In this document: positions 24,779 through 38,935 of the stretch, piece by piece | Numbering within the stretch: the stretch's first letter is position 1 | Layout of the letters: every line of letters begins with the position of its first letter | Assembly: GCA_012026655.1 (NCBI GenBank) | Contig: JAAILG010000135.1 | Coordinates: forward strand, 62,001 to 126,000 | DNA from: Hydrolagus affinis | Taxonomy: Eukaryota | Length of the DNA: 64,000 nucleotides | Reading direction: 5' to 3' | Translations under genes and position numbers: made by a program | The notes under the pieces: model-generated | What the model was told of the DNA's origin: nothing | The model's input: only the letters and a program-made list of their open reading frames with translations | Database searches by the model: none

Positions 24779-27279
24779 GTCATTGTATTGAGAGGATGAT
24801 TAGGCTGAGCTGTGATGCCTTCCTGGTCTGATAGCCTGCTGACATTTAACTTCTAGCTTCACACATGAAAAATAACACTGTTGCTAGTAGATGTGGAACT
24901 ATTCACCAACAAGAGACCAGTACCTTGAAGAAAGAGGAAGTGAAGTAAAGTAACCAAATATTTTGCAGCTCAACTCCTTTGAGTGCAGGTGACTCCCTCA
25001 GGCGCACATGCTCAGTGGGATGTTTAAATTCTTCTGTGGCAAGTACAAATTATTTTTCTAATTACAGTATAGGATATTCTGGTTTTATTGATTAATAAGC
25101 CATATAGGTTTGCCAATAACATTCCTATTCTGTAAACTGGAAAAACTGTGTTTAACTGTATTAAACACATTGGAAAGAGAGCAAAATACAGCATTTGAAA
25201 AATAAAAGAAAGTTTTTTAGGTGTAACCTGTTTTTAACAAACAAATGAATATTTCCCACTTATTGATAAAGTTATCAAACTTGGATGTGTTGAGGACATC
25301 AGTTGTATTTCTGCAATGAAAATAAAACACGAAGACCTATTTTATCTTTCTTCGGGGAGAATGTTACAAATAATTCCCAGGGTTACTTATATTTCTTGAA
25401 TTCTGCTTCAAGAATGGAATGGTTAATCAATCTGTTCATTTAGGGATAGAGTTTTCACAAGAAAATGGTAGGACAGCTTGGTTCAACATGGAGTTAGAGA
25501 TGGAGGTTACAAGATTTCAACATCTCACCTTGGGATCAGAAATGTGCCAGGTGAAACTGTCAACAAAACGCAAAGTTCATTAGATATGGGGAGTGGAGCA
25601 GGGGATGGGTCTTAGACCATCAGGCTGAAATGAGGCCTCTGAATGTTAGAGAGGCCAATAGACGTTTTGCCAAATCTAGTTCAGAGATGGGGTGAATCAT
25701 CAGAATGCTATAAAATTGATGGTGAAGGCATTGTTAGCAATCCCTGATAGTGGAACATCAAGAATGCTTTGAACAGTCATCAAAGGAAGCTTACTGTCTT
25801 CCACAGGGGCATTAGAAGATTGTGTTGAAATAAGCTGCCCCTTTGGACAAAACCATGTCTCAGCAGTGCCTTACTTAGGCCTCCGAGGCTGGGTATTGCT
25901 TCTCTGCTCCCAGAATACACATGTTTCTTCTAAGAAGTTAATGAAGATCACAGTTACACTGTGCTCCTTCTCTAGACTACCTGAACTTGAACGCAGGCTT
26001 CATTCAGTTCAGTGCCTGGCTGGTAGTGTTCTCCGAAGCTATCCATTGTTTCAGATGGAATGATGAGATGTGCTTCAGAGCTGCATGTTGCTGCTCCCTG
26101 ATCAGAACATCTTCCACAATTTTGCAATATATAAAATCCTGAAAATGATAGAAATGAACAACAGGTGAAGCAGCATTGAAAAGAGCAAAACTCTTCAACC
26201 TTGGTGATCTCTTTCATTTTCAGATGCTGATCTATTTGTTGTGCATTTACCATCAGCCACAATGTTTTTTTTTCTATCAAAAGACCTGAGTTGATGGAAA
26301 AATAACGTTTTCGCACGTTTTCCAACCATTAATCAAACATCCCTCAATCATCAGCTCTGCTGATGTTAGCTCTTGGTTAAAGCTATCAGTGTCTGATTGA
26401 TAGCCACATGTTATGCATGCTGGGATTTGTAGTCTGCTAATTTGGATCCATCCAAGTCTGTGAGCCAAACAAGCTTTCAGCATGCATTGGATATGATGGG
26501 TTGAGACAGTTCAATAATATGAAAATTCAATATTATTGTTATTATTTATATCAGTTTACTGAGCCTTTTTTGCGCAATGCTCCTGGCGACTAGTTCATTT
26601 CATCAAGAACAAGACACTATTGACTAACTGTTATCTTCTAATTGGCTAGAATCCCTCTCTGCCTAATTTATAGATCGACAAGCTTAGCACTATGATCAGA
26701 GTGCAGGGTAAACTACACTGTTGGGTAAAGACATTAGGCTGACATATAGCCTAATGTACTTTTTCACAGTTTATTTTTTTCCAGAGGGAAAATTGAAATA
26801 CAGTACTAGTATTTAGAATATTTGTTGAACTCTCTCAAGTTGTAAATAAAACAAGTTCACATATCCCTCACATTTGATTGGAGGCTAATTGTGTTAGTTG
26901 TCTTCTTATTCCTTATTTTTATATCTACAGTGATGTAATAGAGTCCCATTAGCTTGTGCAATCAAGTGCCTGACTCCCAACCATGAAGTTGTAGGTTTAA
27001 TTTCCAGGAATAAATGTCACTTGGAGCAGCCCGACTTATTTGGTTGCATTTGGTCAGTTTTTCATTAGGTCTGCTGGATACAAATACAAAATGATATTTG
27101 TATAGTGTCTTTCATGTCAAAAAGACGTCCCAAGGCGCTGGACAACTGCAAGACAATCTAGATGGGCTGAACTGAAAACCATAATGTCCCATTTAAAGCA
27201 TGGAACAAATATTTATCATCTTACAGAAAGAAGCCAATGATTTGTGTCTACTGTTTGTTTAACATGGATTGGTAATGGC

Positions 27280-27415
27280 GGGTCCTCCAAAGGACAGCAC
27301 CTTCAACAATATAGCTCTCCTCCAGCACAGCAATGGAGTATCAGACAAAGACGTGAGGTCAAATTTCCAATATGGGCTTTGAACACACAACCTTCTGATT
27401 CAGAGGCGAGAGTTA
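27280..27415 (-). mobile_element. Older Deu-type SINE 5' fragment
   Basis: tttgaacacacaaccttctgattcagaggcgagagt is the reverse of the head at 23724-23760. Confidence 0.6.
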
Positions 27416-30308
27416 TCAACTACTTCCCTGATTCTGCCAATTTTTATTTATAGCTAACATCCCTCCTTGAGGGATAACAGGAGCCATTACCCTACCATTA
27501 CCAGTAGCCAGGATAGGAAGGTATTTTACTGCAAGGTCTCTGTACATACAAGGTGTGAAATATTTCCCTGACCCTCCCCGCTCACATCCGCTTGTCATGC
27601 AGAGTATAGCCATGGGAACAACAATTAAAATAAATTTTAATAGTTAGCCAAGTTGGGCATTAGAAAAGTAAAGCATTGCCTATTTTATAGTGCATTTTTT
27701 GCACTTAAATGCAGCTTCTTGCAAAAAAAATCTGTATGACATCTAACCTAATTGTGTTTTACAACAGTATACCCTTTCTATAATATTGTGGTTTATGGGA
27801 CCCCTACAAATGTATGTAGTAGCAAAGAGGTTGTTATCCAGCGGGTGATTTATAGGGTTTTTCAATTAATGAGGGAGCCATAAACAGTGAACGTAATATC
27901 AAAGGTTGTGGTATATCAGAGCGTGTTACTTAACTGTATTTTACACAGCTGGACAGTCAGTCTCAACCTTGACCAAATATTCTTTGATCCAGTTTGCTCC
28001 ATGCACATACCTTCCGAATAGGTATCCAGATCTAAATGACCTTTTTCTGCTAACATGCACTTGCAATTTGTTATTTTTTCAGTGGCTCCTAAATATATCA
28101 GAATTTTATGGGTCATTACATTTTCCCCATTTATGATGTTCACCTCTGTATGACATGCAGGTGTACGTTAGTTATACAACAAAATGAACTTGGGGTTATT
28201 GAGAACATAAATTTCCATTGTGAGAATTTGAGTGTTATTAGTTTAAAGGCATTTTCGTAGCTTTCATGTCATACATGAAAAATGCTAGGTCACATCTTGA
28301 AACAGCAAAGCTCAAATTTATTTCATTGCTGGGCTTCGAAAAGATCAAAGATCCTTCTTGTGGTCTATTTTAAGGACAAATCAAGCTCCCAAGTAGTTCA
28401 GGTATCAGAAAAATGCTCCAGACTATGAACTGCTCATTAATAAAAGATGCTGCAATGCAGTATTTAAAGCCAGAAGAAGAAAATTGTCACTTGCAAGATT
28501 CAATGGATTTCACAGCAGGGTAAAAGGATTTGGAAGTTTATACTGTGTAGACTTAATAAAGGGAGAAAAAAAATCTTTAAATGCAAATGAAATTAAATAG
28601 TGAAAAGAGCAAAAGACCTAATGTACTTCCTGCAAAAAGTGAGCATATCATAAACCACTGTTAGTCTGTATTTCATCATTGAAATCTGTCTTGTTGTATA
28701 ATGTTTCTCATGAAAATATCAACAAACATAATGGCTTGTTGCTTATTAATACAATAATTTTGCTTCAGTTAAAGGAGTACAAATTCAGTTTTTATTTTTA
28801 CATCTGGGGCGTTGATTAAAACATGTAAAGTGAAAGTAGACTTTTAAGCTTGTAACAGTATTACTGTGATCAATGGGAACTTAACCAAATAGAGAGGAGT
28901 TCTGAAGAGAGTAAAGCTGAGTTCACAATGAGCTCATAAATGTGTTAAATGAAGCTTAAGGAACAAAACAACCTGTAAAATAAAAGTAAAACTGCAGTCC
29001 AGTAACTTTTGACAGATCTGTGTTCAACTTGATTGGACTTGTTTAAGTCACCCTGTTCAAATTCTTTTGGAGCAAAATCTCTCAGGTATTCTGTCTCCTG
29101 TACTCACTTTATCAGATCTGCATAGAAATTAGGAAGCCATTCGAGCCTTCAAGCTTGTTCTGCCAGTTAATTAGATCCATAAAGATAGTTTAATACCATT
29201 TCCCTGCCTATTCTCTGTTTGGCTATCACTTTAATTCATTTTTAGCAAAGTTTACACAATTATGCAAGGAGATTGTCTATACTTGGCAATATTTCAATTC
29301 ATTCCCATTTATCCTTCACTAAAATAACTGCAAGGAAAGTTTTAAACCGGAGGACTATCTTTTTTCCCAAAGTTTCTTTTAAATACATTTGCAAACTATT
29401 TAAAACTATTAAATACTACGGAATAAGTTTAACAAAATCACCCCACATTAAACCGAAATTGTTCTTCCCCCAAACAATTTCTCAAATGAAATCATAAAGC
29501 ACAGAGTTATATATCTTAAACATTAAAAAAAAATCTTTAAAAGATCTCTTTAGTTTATTAAGTGCTGTTGAAAAATGATGGTGTTATGCAACCCTGAATC
29601 TCAGGTGCCAAGAATCAATTGTTTCCAATTTTGATCAAACGGCAATGTATATTTGTATTGTGCAGTCCGTGGCTCAAATCCACTTTGCCACAAACATTCA
29701 GCTGACATCCAAAAGGATTTCAAAATTTGAAAAAAAATCAATCTGACAGTTTCTATCAGCCCCGTTTGGCTGCTTTCTCCTCAACTGGTTTTAGTAGTTT
29801 GTCTCATAATCCACAACACCTAAACTGTATTGTCTAAGAATAGCCACATAGAGTTAACTGGTTAAACTTTACTGTATATTTCCTGTTTTGTAGGTGCACT
29901 TTCTTCAGTTGAACATATTACTGTGCTTGTCTTCTGGTTATCTGGTATATTACCTGTTATATCTGTAAAGCAACACTAGGAGTTGAAGCAGCAAGTCAAA
30001 TCTTTTTTTTAAATTGTGTTCATATCAGAAGGATATTTTGGAACAACCACTTCATTGTCCTCTTTGACTCTTATATTAACCTTACAGTATTTGGGACTTC
30101 AAATGTATTCTTAATTACCTTTGTGAGGAATAGAAAGATGCTTGGAATCGTATAACTCGAGTACACCTCATTAAAATTCTTGTGTTGTCCTGCCAATATT
30201 TGGGCAAATTTATGTCGCTCTTGGAACAAGTTCACAGCATTCAGGTTGTCTCAAATTTGGACTTTTTTTTATGTCACACTCAATGGTGTAAGAGTACCCT
30301 GCAATTGT

Positions 30309-30602
30309 GGAGTCCAGTAGCTCAGTGGTTAGAGCACCCGCCTTTCAAGCAAGAGACCTGGGTTCAATGCACGGCAGGGCAAAACCTTTGATGAGTTTCC
30401 TTACTCCACACCCCTAATAAGCATCCCTCCAAAAAAAATTTGTTCATTTCAATCCACAGCTGTTGGTAGGAAATATGTGTGTGTGATTGGTTACCACGGT
30501 TTTGCCCACAAATATATAGTCAATTCACTTTACAGTATATTCTTTGAGACGTCTAGAAGACGTGAAAAGCGCTATATCAAATGCAAGGATTATTATTATT
30601 AT
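30309..30602 (+). mobile_element. Near full-length tRNA-derived SINE with Deu-like core and (ATT)n tail
   Basis: A box gtagctcagtggttagagc, B box gggttcaatgc, core gctgttggtaggaaa...ttggttaccacg, tail atcaaatgcaaggattattattatt. Confidence 0.9.
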
Positions 30603-30749
30603 GACACAATGCCATAAGTGCTTAGCAACCAAATTACAACAACCATTTAATCTGTATTGCAAACCTGCATAGGATTTTAATAACCTATATGATTAGAGCT
30701 CCTACTCTTAATCACTGTTGATAATAATTCTTTATTCGCTTTGTCAAAA

Positions 30750-30860
30750 AGTGCTTCACAGGATTTTACTCTGAAATGTAGTGACTTTGTAATTGTAGAC
30801 AAATGCAGCAGCCGATTTACGCACAGCAATGTCCCACAAACAGCCATGAAGGCAAGAAAC
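30750..30860 (-). mobile_element. Deu-core SINE fragment
   Basis: aaatgcagcagccgatttacgcacagcaatgtcccacaaacagc. Confidence 0.65.
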
Positions 30861-32371
30861 AAGTGAGGTCAGAATTGGGCTTGGATGGGATGCTGTGCAG
30901 TTGAATTACATATAAAATCTCACTATCAAAGCTCACACACTAAGAATAGTGGTTTAATAGCGGTTTATTTTTCAGGACAGGACGTGATGGTAGGATATTT
31001 GGATAAAAAAGAACCATATATTTTGAAACTGTAATTGATCTGTCAGAAGAACTATATGACAAGGACACGTACCAGGGCATTTAATCACACCATAGTTTTA
31101 CATGAGTGGTTGTGTTTGGTGATGCTTTAGGGCACTGAGCTGAGCATGTTGGCAGGTCTAGAAAGAATTAAGATAACAACTTGAATAATAGGGCTGAGTT
31201 TTGCTCAACTGTACATTGAGAATTTTCCCAATAATATTGTTTGAAATTTCTGTGTTACATAATAAGAATTGATATCACTCAGTCAACCGATACAAGCAGG
31301 ATTAAGTGACTGGTGAGCTGCGGACCTTGAGCTTAGATATTTCAATGGGAGCCAAAAGTCTTGCTGCTTGACATATCAGGCAACCAAGCCTTTCCTGCTA
31401 ATTGAGAGATGTTGTTCTGTTTTTAAGATGCTAGGATATCTAGGTCAGAAAAGTTTTATCCTTTGAATTGTTTAGAACACAGATTGTCATTTAAATCCCG
31501 CCTGCAAATCCCCGCGTGCAGTTTATGCCCACGGATAAAGACATTGCCACAACTTACATGTTATTTTCAAGTGGCAATGCTTTCAGAGCATAGAAACCAC
31601 CCTGATATATATTCCCATAATGATATTCGTGTCAAACCATGGGCTGTGTCGCAGATATATTTACAGGTTGAGGAATGTTTTCTGTGATGCACAATTTCAG
31701 ATGTTATTGGCTTTAACTAGAGCTTTCCATTGCTTTGGGATGTCCTCCCGACATGAAAGGTGCTGTACAAATGCAACTTTTGTTGTTGTTATTACTTACT
31801 CCCCAAAAGGAAGGAAATAAAATTGGAAGCTGCATCTGAAGACTTGGACTGATCTTGTGTGGACATTTGCTAAGTAGTTTTGACACAACTCTGGCAACAG
31901 ATTGCAATATCACTTTCTTGACAGGCTAATAAGTAAAAGGAGAATTTTTAAAATCTCTAATGAGAAATCTAAATTGCTCCATTAACATTCCAGCCATCTT
32001 CATCAAAACTCAAGTGTGTTGTAGTTAAAGAAAGATACTATTAATTTCAATAACTAGAAATGTAGATGCTGAGTTAACCAATAATTGAACAATAGTGGAA
32101 AATAGAAAAATTCTGTATAATTTGGAAGCTGATTTTCCTCAGTTCTTTAAGCATACAAGTTTCTGAATCAAGTTGAATGTGAAATTTTCCACAATTTTGA
32201 ACCATCTTTCAATTTTAAGGCAAAGTGGTCTCACGGGCTAAAAATTGGAATTTCACTCTCGCCTCACCCCCAGATTATGTGTTGTCAACATCATAAAATA
32301 ATTTGCAAGTAAGTGCTGAGTTGCAGAGTTACAGATTAATAATGACAAAAATGAATATTTTATAATATTAA

Positions 32372-32470
32372 AATAATAATCCTTGCATTTGGTATAACGC
32401 CTTATGACGTCTTCTAGACATCTCAAAGCGCATCACAGAATATACTGTAAATTGAATTGATTGTATATTT
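32372..32470 (-). mobile_element. SINE 3' fragment
   Basis: aataataatccttgcatttggtataacg...tctcaaagcgcatcacagaatatactgtaaa. Confidence 0.8.
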
Positions 32471-35400
32471 TATTCAGGTGTGCTCCAAAGATCCCATTCA
32501 TATTTTAAGATCATATGAAAGGAAAAAATGTAACCTTGCTACCTGTGACAAGTTATTAGCCATGCGGCTTATCAAACTATTGCTAAATGTGAACCAGTCG
32601 ATAACTAAAGACTTCCCATGGATTTGCCTCGACTCTGTCACAATGGTTGGACCCAGACTTTTGAACTTACTGGAACCATGTATTGTGGCATTGGAGCACT
32701 GGTTAATGGGCATCAGCTAAGTCTTTCTGTTGAGTTAATCAGGTGTTCTGCTAACCAGCATTCCAGTGTCACTTCTGGAGTGTTTGGAACGATTCCCCAC
32801 ATCAGAGCCAACTGATGATGAAAGCTTACAGAAGTGAATCTATTCAAGAAACTGCTCGATGCTCAGCATGTCTCCCATCACACGTTCTCCAGCTCTGTTA
32901 TACAACACAGAAGCTCGAGTTTTTCACAGCACTTGTCCTTTTTTTTTCATCACCCCTTGTTAACCAGTTGACCAAGGATGAAATACTTCTTCCTGTAGTG
33001 TTTCTCTTTCTACCTCTATTAATCTCATAAGCATGTCAAGAGCTAAAGCTGTTGCAGGCTCATTATGAGTTAGTCTACAGAATGAGATTCTAGATTTATT
33101 CATGTGTTACTGTATCTGTGTTACAAAATCTCATAACATTGTGATGAAAGTAAATAACATGAAATTATACCTGCTTGAATAATAACACAATCAATCACAG
33201 TTATTAGCAACATAATTAAAATTATGCAAGTCTGATTTGATTCTTCTGAATCTTTTAAAATTCATCTTAGGTTACATAATGTTACATAATACATATTCTA
33301 ATGTGAAAGAGTATTGTAGCTGAATGAACAGAATGATTAGGAAGTCATTGTCTCAACACACACACATTAAGGGTCGAATTCTGCAATGGATTGCGTACAT
33401 TGATTGAAAATCTTTTTATCAAATATTGGTTGTTGAATGTAAATTCAATTGAATTGCCATAAGTGATGTGATGCAAAGCAGAAAATGTGCGTACTCCAAA
33501 CTATCAAAGAAAGCAAAATTTGCTGTTCATTGTATTTGTAAGAATGGTATTTAGGCAAAGAACAGGGACATTAGTGCCAGTCTGCATGTTGCGGCAATCC
33601 TGCCATGATTGAGTAGCTGAGCTCCATAAATCAATGTTTTGACTTTGGTACATTGAGTCTTTATACAGTTTGTTGAGAAAGTTGACAAACAACGGTAATT
33701 AACAATGTTTTAAATGATAGATGCTTTTTTTATAAAAAGAAAATTATTAGCATGATTAGAACTTGTAATTTTGTTAATTAAGTTGCTGAACTGTAGATCT
33801 TGAAGAGGCATTCTTTGAAGTTGAGGATCAATTAAAAAAAGTACAGAAACTATTAGAATATCAAGTTTTCTAATAGTTTGAATCATCTGCCCAAAAAACT
33901 AATAATCCTTACATTTAATATAGCACTTTATCACGCAAGCACTTCACAGGATCTAGTGTAGTGTGTAATAACTGTGTATTTTGCAGGCAAAAAGGCCAGT
34001 CTTAGAGATGGAAATCGAAAGACAATCTTAAATGAGAATTATGTGCCAAATAATAATTAATAAAACAATAATCCTTGCATTTGATATAGTGCCTTATTGT
34101 GTCTTTGAGATGTGATCATTTTTATCAGTTCTCTGAGTGAGCACTGTTACTTTGCACTGAAATCCATCAGCTGAGAGAGGACTAAGGGTAAGAAAAACTG
34201 ACTAAATTGGTCCCAGGCCACAGACAAATATCATTTGTGATCTGATCAAGAAATAATATTAACTATGACATTAGGTAATTCTGCCTTGCACTGTTCGATG
34301 GTGGAACATTGAAAGTGGAAAAGTAGCAGAGGGAGACAATATTATGGTGACCAATTAAAATGGAAAAAAAGGGAAATTAGAGATATGATTAATAGTGCCA
34401 GAAAGTGAAAGAAAACTGTGTGAAGTGCAAAACAGTATGAATGTGCCTTTATGAATTTAATATGTAAAAGGAATATTTTATTAATTTGAAATTAGGTAAT
34501 TGTAACTTTTTAAAAACAGAATTGCTTCTGATTTGAGAGCATAACTTTGAGTGTTTAGAATAAATTGATTTTCACAGATAATTTAGAGATTAACACTAAT
34601 GCAATCCTAAAATGTGAGTCTTCTGGTGAAGGGAGCCTTAAGTGGCAATTGTATGAAGATTTAAGTTTTAGATTCCTTTCATGTAGCTTTAAGTTATTAG
34701 CCTATTCATCACACCAATTACAAGGCACTTTCCCGTGCAGAAGCTAACCAGCAATAAAATAAATGTGCGTTATTTATTTTTACACAAACTATAAAAGCAA
34801 TAAGGTCACAATCATAATTTAAAGATTCTTTAGTTGACTGCACAGGTGACGAATTATTAATCAAATCAATATACCTGAATCAACTAATAGTTCTTATGTA
34901 GACAATTTTATTATAACAAATTCCTTTGAAATATATTTCACTGCAAATTAAAACCTTCTTCATAATTATTTTGTATTTTTACTGCTGTGTAAACCAATCC
35001 TGATGGTCTCCATTAAAGTGATGTAGATCTGTGTGTAAATGTTTCATGTGCTATTCTCTTGAGGGACAGTAAACTAATCATTGTTTAGTTGCCATCTAAT
35101 GTGAGCTCCAGGGACTCAAACTCATCACAGCTAGTGAAAATTAAGCTGTTTAAAATGTTTACCCTATTCTCGAGTAACTTTGAAGATTGAAGAAAGTTGA
35201 CTGTTTCACAGGGTTTGATGGAGCAGTGGTCTTGTGTTACTTCTTTGTTCATTGAGAAATGTTTAAAATTCTGGTGAGCTGAAAACCTTGGAAAATTCCA
35301 AAGTTAAGTTAATGACGGTCTTCAAAGTGCTGGTATTTCAAGGAATCATTGTGCCTTAGCTGAAGCAGTGCGCGAGGCTACTTTAATTATTTAAATGAAT

Positions 35401-36580
35401 GTCTGCCAGGCTGACAGGAGCCACGGAGAAATCTATAGCCATGAAGCCCCACTTATTATAAGAGGAAGGCAGGAAGCAGCAAAGTTGGGACAATAGGAGG
35501 ACACAAATATCTGTTAAAAACATCAGTTCAGACATAAAGATGAAAATAGTTATTTTATACTGAATTGGAACATGGCCAGGAGGGAAAGTTGCTTCATTTT
35601 ATCTCCAGAGGTGAAGTGCTGCAGAGCAGACATGCCCACCTGGTTCCAGGAGTGTGTGCTCTGCAAAATGTAGTCACTTTCCAATGTTATTAAACAGGAG
35701 CAACGTGCAATCCACCGAACACAGTTTTGCTAAAATGTATGATGGAATCAAGCAAGCCCAGTTTGATCCACAGTTAGATTATGAGGATGGGAAACATCAT
35801 TGCTTCTGAAGTCTCATCACTAGACGGATCTCCGGAGCGGGGCTCCACTATGGATTACACTGTCTGGATCTCCATTTGTGGGCACATGCAATGAAGTCTA
35901 AATGCAGCATTAAATCCAATGAAATATTGCTGTTTTAACATCTTTCTTAAAATCTCCACCCAAAAAATAAAGTTGGCCCATTAATTCACGTTGCTGTTTT
36001 CGAACACGAGTCAGTATCCGACTCTTGTGTAAGTATTTGAGTACTAGTTGAGATCTGAAACACAATATTACAATTCGACTAAATGGCACCTTAGTTGTCA
36101 AAGTAAAGCCTGAGTTTAAACAGATGCCAGCTATTTGAAGTACATGAATGAAAGTGTGTAGTTCAGATTTTATACATGTGTGTTTGTTTACATTGTCTTC
36201 CTAGAGACCTTCATTTATGTAAACCTTGATTTCTTACTATAAGTTACGAGGTTGGGACTAATGATGCATATTTATTTAAGAACATTGGTTTCCCATTATT
36301 TCACTTTGGGGTCTTGGTATTAATGTTCAACCCTACAAATATTTGTGTTTCCATTTGTACACAGTTATGTGCCATTTCCAGATATCTCCTCCTGGGAGGA
36401 CTATAGGTGTTTCAGGGTTACATTATACTTGACAAGTGTTGCTGGAATGAATGTTGAAGCACAGGGAAGTTGCAGTAATTACAAAAGTATTGGCTACTGA
36501 CTTGGGAACAAGCCCTCAGGGAAACTACAGCCACTAGCAGGTTTACGTGTTGACAGTTTTTTTTTCTCTTTTCCTCTTAG

Positions 36581-36730
36581 CTTTGAAGATGCAACAAGAT
36601 TCTTTGGCATGAAGCCAAAATCTGGAGATAAAGCTGTTACTCCAAACTACATTTTCATGTTGTGGTATGAATTTTCTACCGACTTCAAGAATATCTGGAA
36701 ACGCGAAAGCAAAGCAATTTCTAAAGAAAG
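36581..36730 (+). CDS. FMN1: Formin-1 internal coding exon, [49 protein letters not shown](R)
   Basis: Long pyrimidine tract and TAG acceptor, GTAAGA donor at 36731; 150 bp, phase 2/2; FGMKPKSG...WYEF..DFK.IWKRESK marks the end of the FH2 domain. Confidence 0.97.
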
Positions 36731-38714
36731 GTAAGAGGCCGATAAAGTCATTAATAGCAGATGCTTAGCAGTTTGGAAACCACTTTGTTTTAAGCTAAAT
36801 ATACCGCACTGCCACATTACACAAGCTTTATTGTTTGTTTTTTTATTAACTTGGCATAAAGTAAAGTCTAATCCTCAAGGGTATGTTGAAAAAGTTGCCA
36901 AAGTCTGCTATACCCACAAGGAAGATAAACACACATAATCTGATAAATTACACTTTCCCAACTCTTTTCAATTACCTGCTAATAAAGTGGAATGAGAGCT
37001 GTGCTAATTTGTAACAGATTGCTTCACTAGTGCATTTTTATGTTGAACTAGCCTAAATGAGCTGATATTACTGTCGCAGACAGTACAGACAAATAAAAGT
37101 GAATGCTTTTCCAGTTATTAAACTTCACTCGCATCAAAGAGAACCCCCCCAGACCCAGGCCACACTTAGCACAATGTCAGAACCCCATACTGAATTTACG
37201 GCACCACATCTGACCCCAGGTACCCTGCTGGGGACATCAAACTGCGTGACACTGCTTCTCGCAACAGTCTCCTGATTTTATTGGTTTGAGAAAGAATAAC
37301 CTTATCCCGTATATGCTTTTAGGTAGGGTTTCATGAAGGAAGTTTTTATGTGAGGGTTACATTACGGCTAAAAGATTGCCATTTTCTCAGTTTTATAGCA
37401 TAAGCTTTTTTTTAGTTTTATTCTTTGCTAGGATTCAATATCCAATTTTGTTTGGAAATGAATGGTGACCACTGACGATATTACTGTTCAGATTCCACCC
37501 TTTTCACAAAGCTTTGTTTTAAAAATGCTTGCGTTGTTGATAGCATGTGAGCTGTTTTATGAACTTTCCCTCTTTAACCAGGGATAAAGCATTGTTACAT
37601 TCTAATATTACAGTCACCCATGTGCTCTTTCCATTTTCCACAGTTGTAGTTTTAGTGTGTAACTATCACATTATTTATGAACTGTGATGAATAAAACTGT
37701 TCTGCAGCAAACACAAGGAGGCATGTAATGAATTAATGCCCTTGATCAAGGAATTCTGTTGAGTTGATTTTCACAAATTCATGTTTTAGATGGACGAGTA
37801 AGTGCAAACAAATATTATTTTTGTTCGATGTATTTTCTTGACTTATGCATCTCAATTAGTGCCTTAAAATACTATACAAGGGAAACCAGATGGATTTAAA
37901 ATGTTTAATGTCTCATGCCTTAGACACTCTTGGGGAAAGTAAAAAAAAAGTGGAGCTAGTATAAAACAGCACAATACTGTTAACTCATTAGGTTCAAAAA
38001 TCGTTTAATAGCTTACTTTTAAACTTTACAGCATATTGTAATCCTAATATGAGAAACAAAATGTGAAACAAACGTTTCTTCTTGATGATGTTCTGTAAAC
38101 ATAGTGGTGAGATACCAACCATGCCATTCAACTGTGACTTTGGGTTTAAAGCTAGAGTTTAATGAAAAGCAGAGGGATCCATTAGGATATATAACTGAAA
38201 ATGGGAGTTCCTTGAAATGTTGTAAAACGGGACAGCAGAAAAACATCCACATCTAGAATGTCTTGTAAAGTCATGACCCTTAGCGACACTGTTTTCCTAA
38301 GTGTGAAACCGTTGATTTACCACCGAGTTTACTAGAAATAGGTCAGAATCAAATTAATTGGGTGTAATTCTGCCATCTCCACTGATGTGGTTTCTCAGTA
38401 CGTTCCAGTACTGCTGTTACCAATGAGTGTAATAAACAAAGCATTATTGAACAAGAATTATTGACACCCATTCTTCCATGTTATCTGTAGAAATCAAAAA
38501 TTAAAGAAAAGGTCCCTAGTGTGGTCAATAGTGCGAGATTGCAAATAGTTTTGATGCCGTGTTAAATAAAAATTAAGTTGAGGATATAAATCCGATTCAA
38601 TTCTTGTTTCTTTTTCATGAAGGGTGAAGTGGGGGTGGTTGTGGTGGGGTGGAGGGGGAGAGGTGTTGGGTAGTGATCATTATATCAATCAAAAGAATCA
38701 TTAGGAATGCCTGT

Positions 38715-38935
38715 CACCAGAATACATTGTACAGTTTTGGTCACTGCATCACAATGGAGCTACACAGCCCCGTAGAGGCATGCAGAGGAAAGCACTACGG
38801 ATAATCCCCATTGTTGGAGGGATGATCTACAAAATACTTGATGGGATTCAGGAAATGAACATATGGAACAGTACTTTCAGATAAAGCTAGGCAGCAAGGG
38901 GAAGAGGACACAGGTTCAGAGTTTTGAACAGTGAA
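38715..38935 (+). mobile_element. Degenerate CR1 LINE fragment
   Basis: gaatacattgtacagttttggtcactgc (EY.VQFWS motif), gcagaggaaagcactacggataatccc and agaggacacaggttcaga resemble CR1 ORF2 3' segments. Confidence 0.55.

Noticed and set aside
24772-24781. GLI-like TGTGTGGTC
   Set aside because: Created by the end of a (TG)n microsatellite.
30309-30385. tRNA gene
   Set aside because: A/B boxes are present but there is no convincing acceptor stem and the sequence runs directly into a SINE body; the same applies at 23709, 43187, 47349 and 50775.
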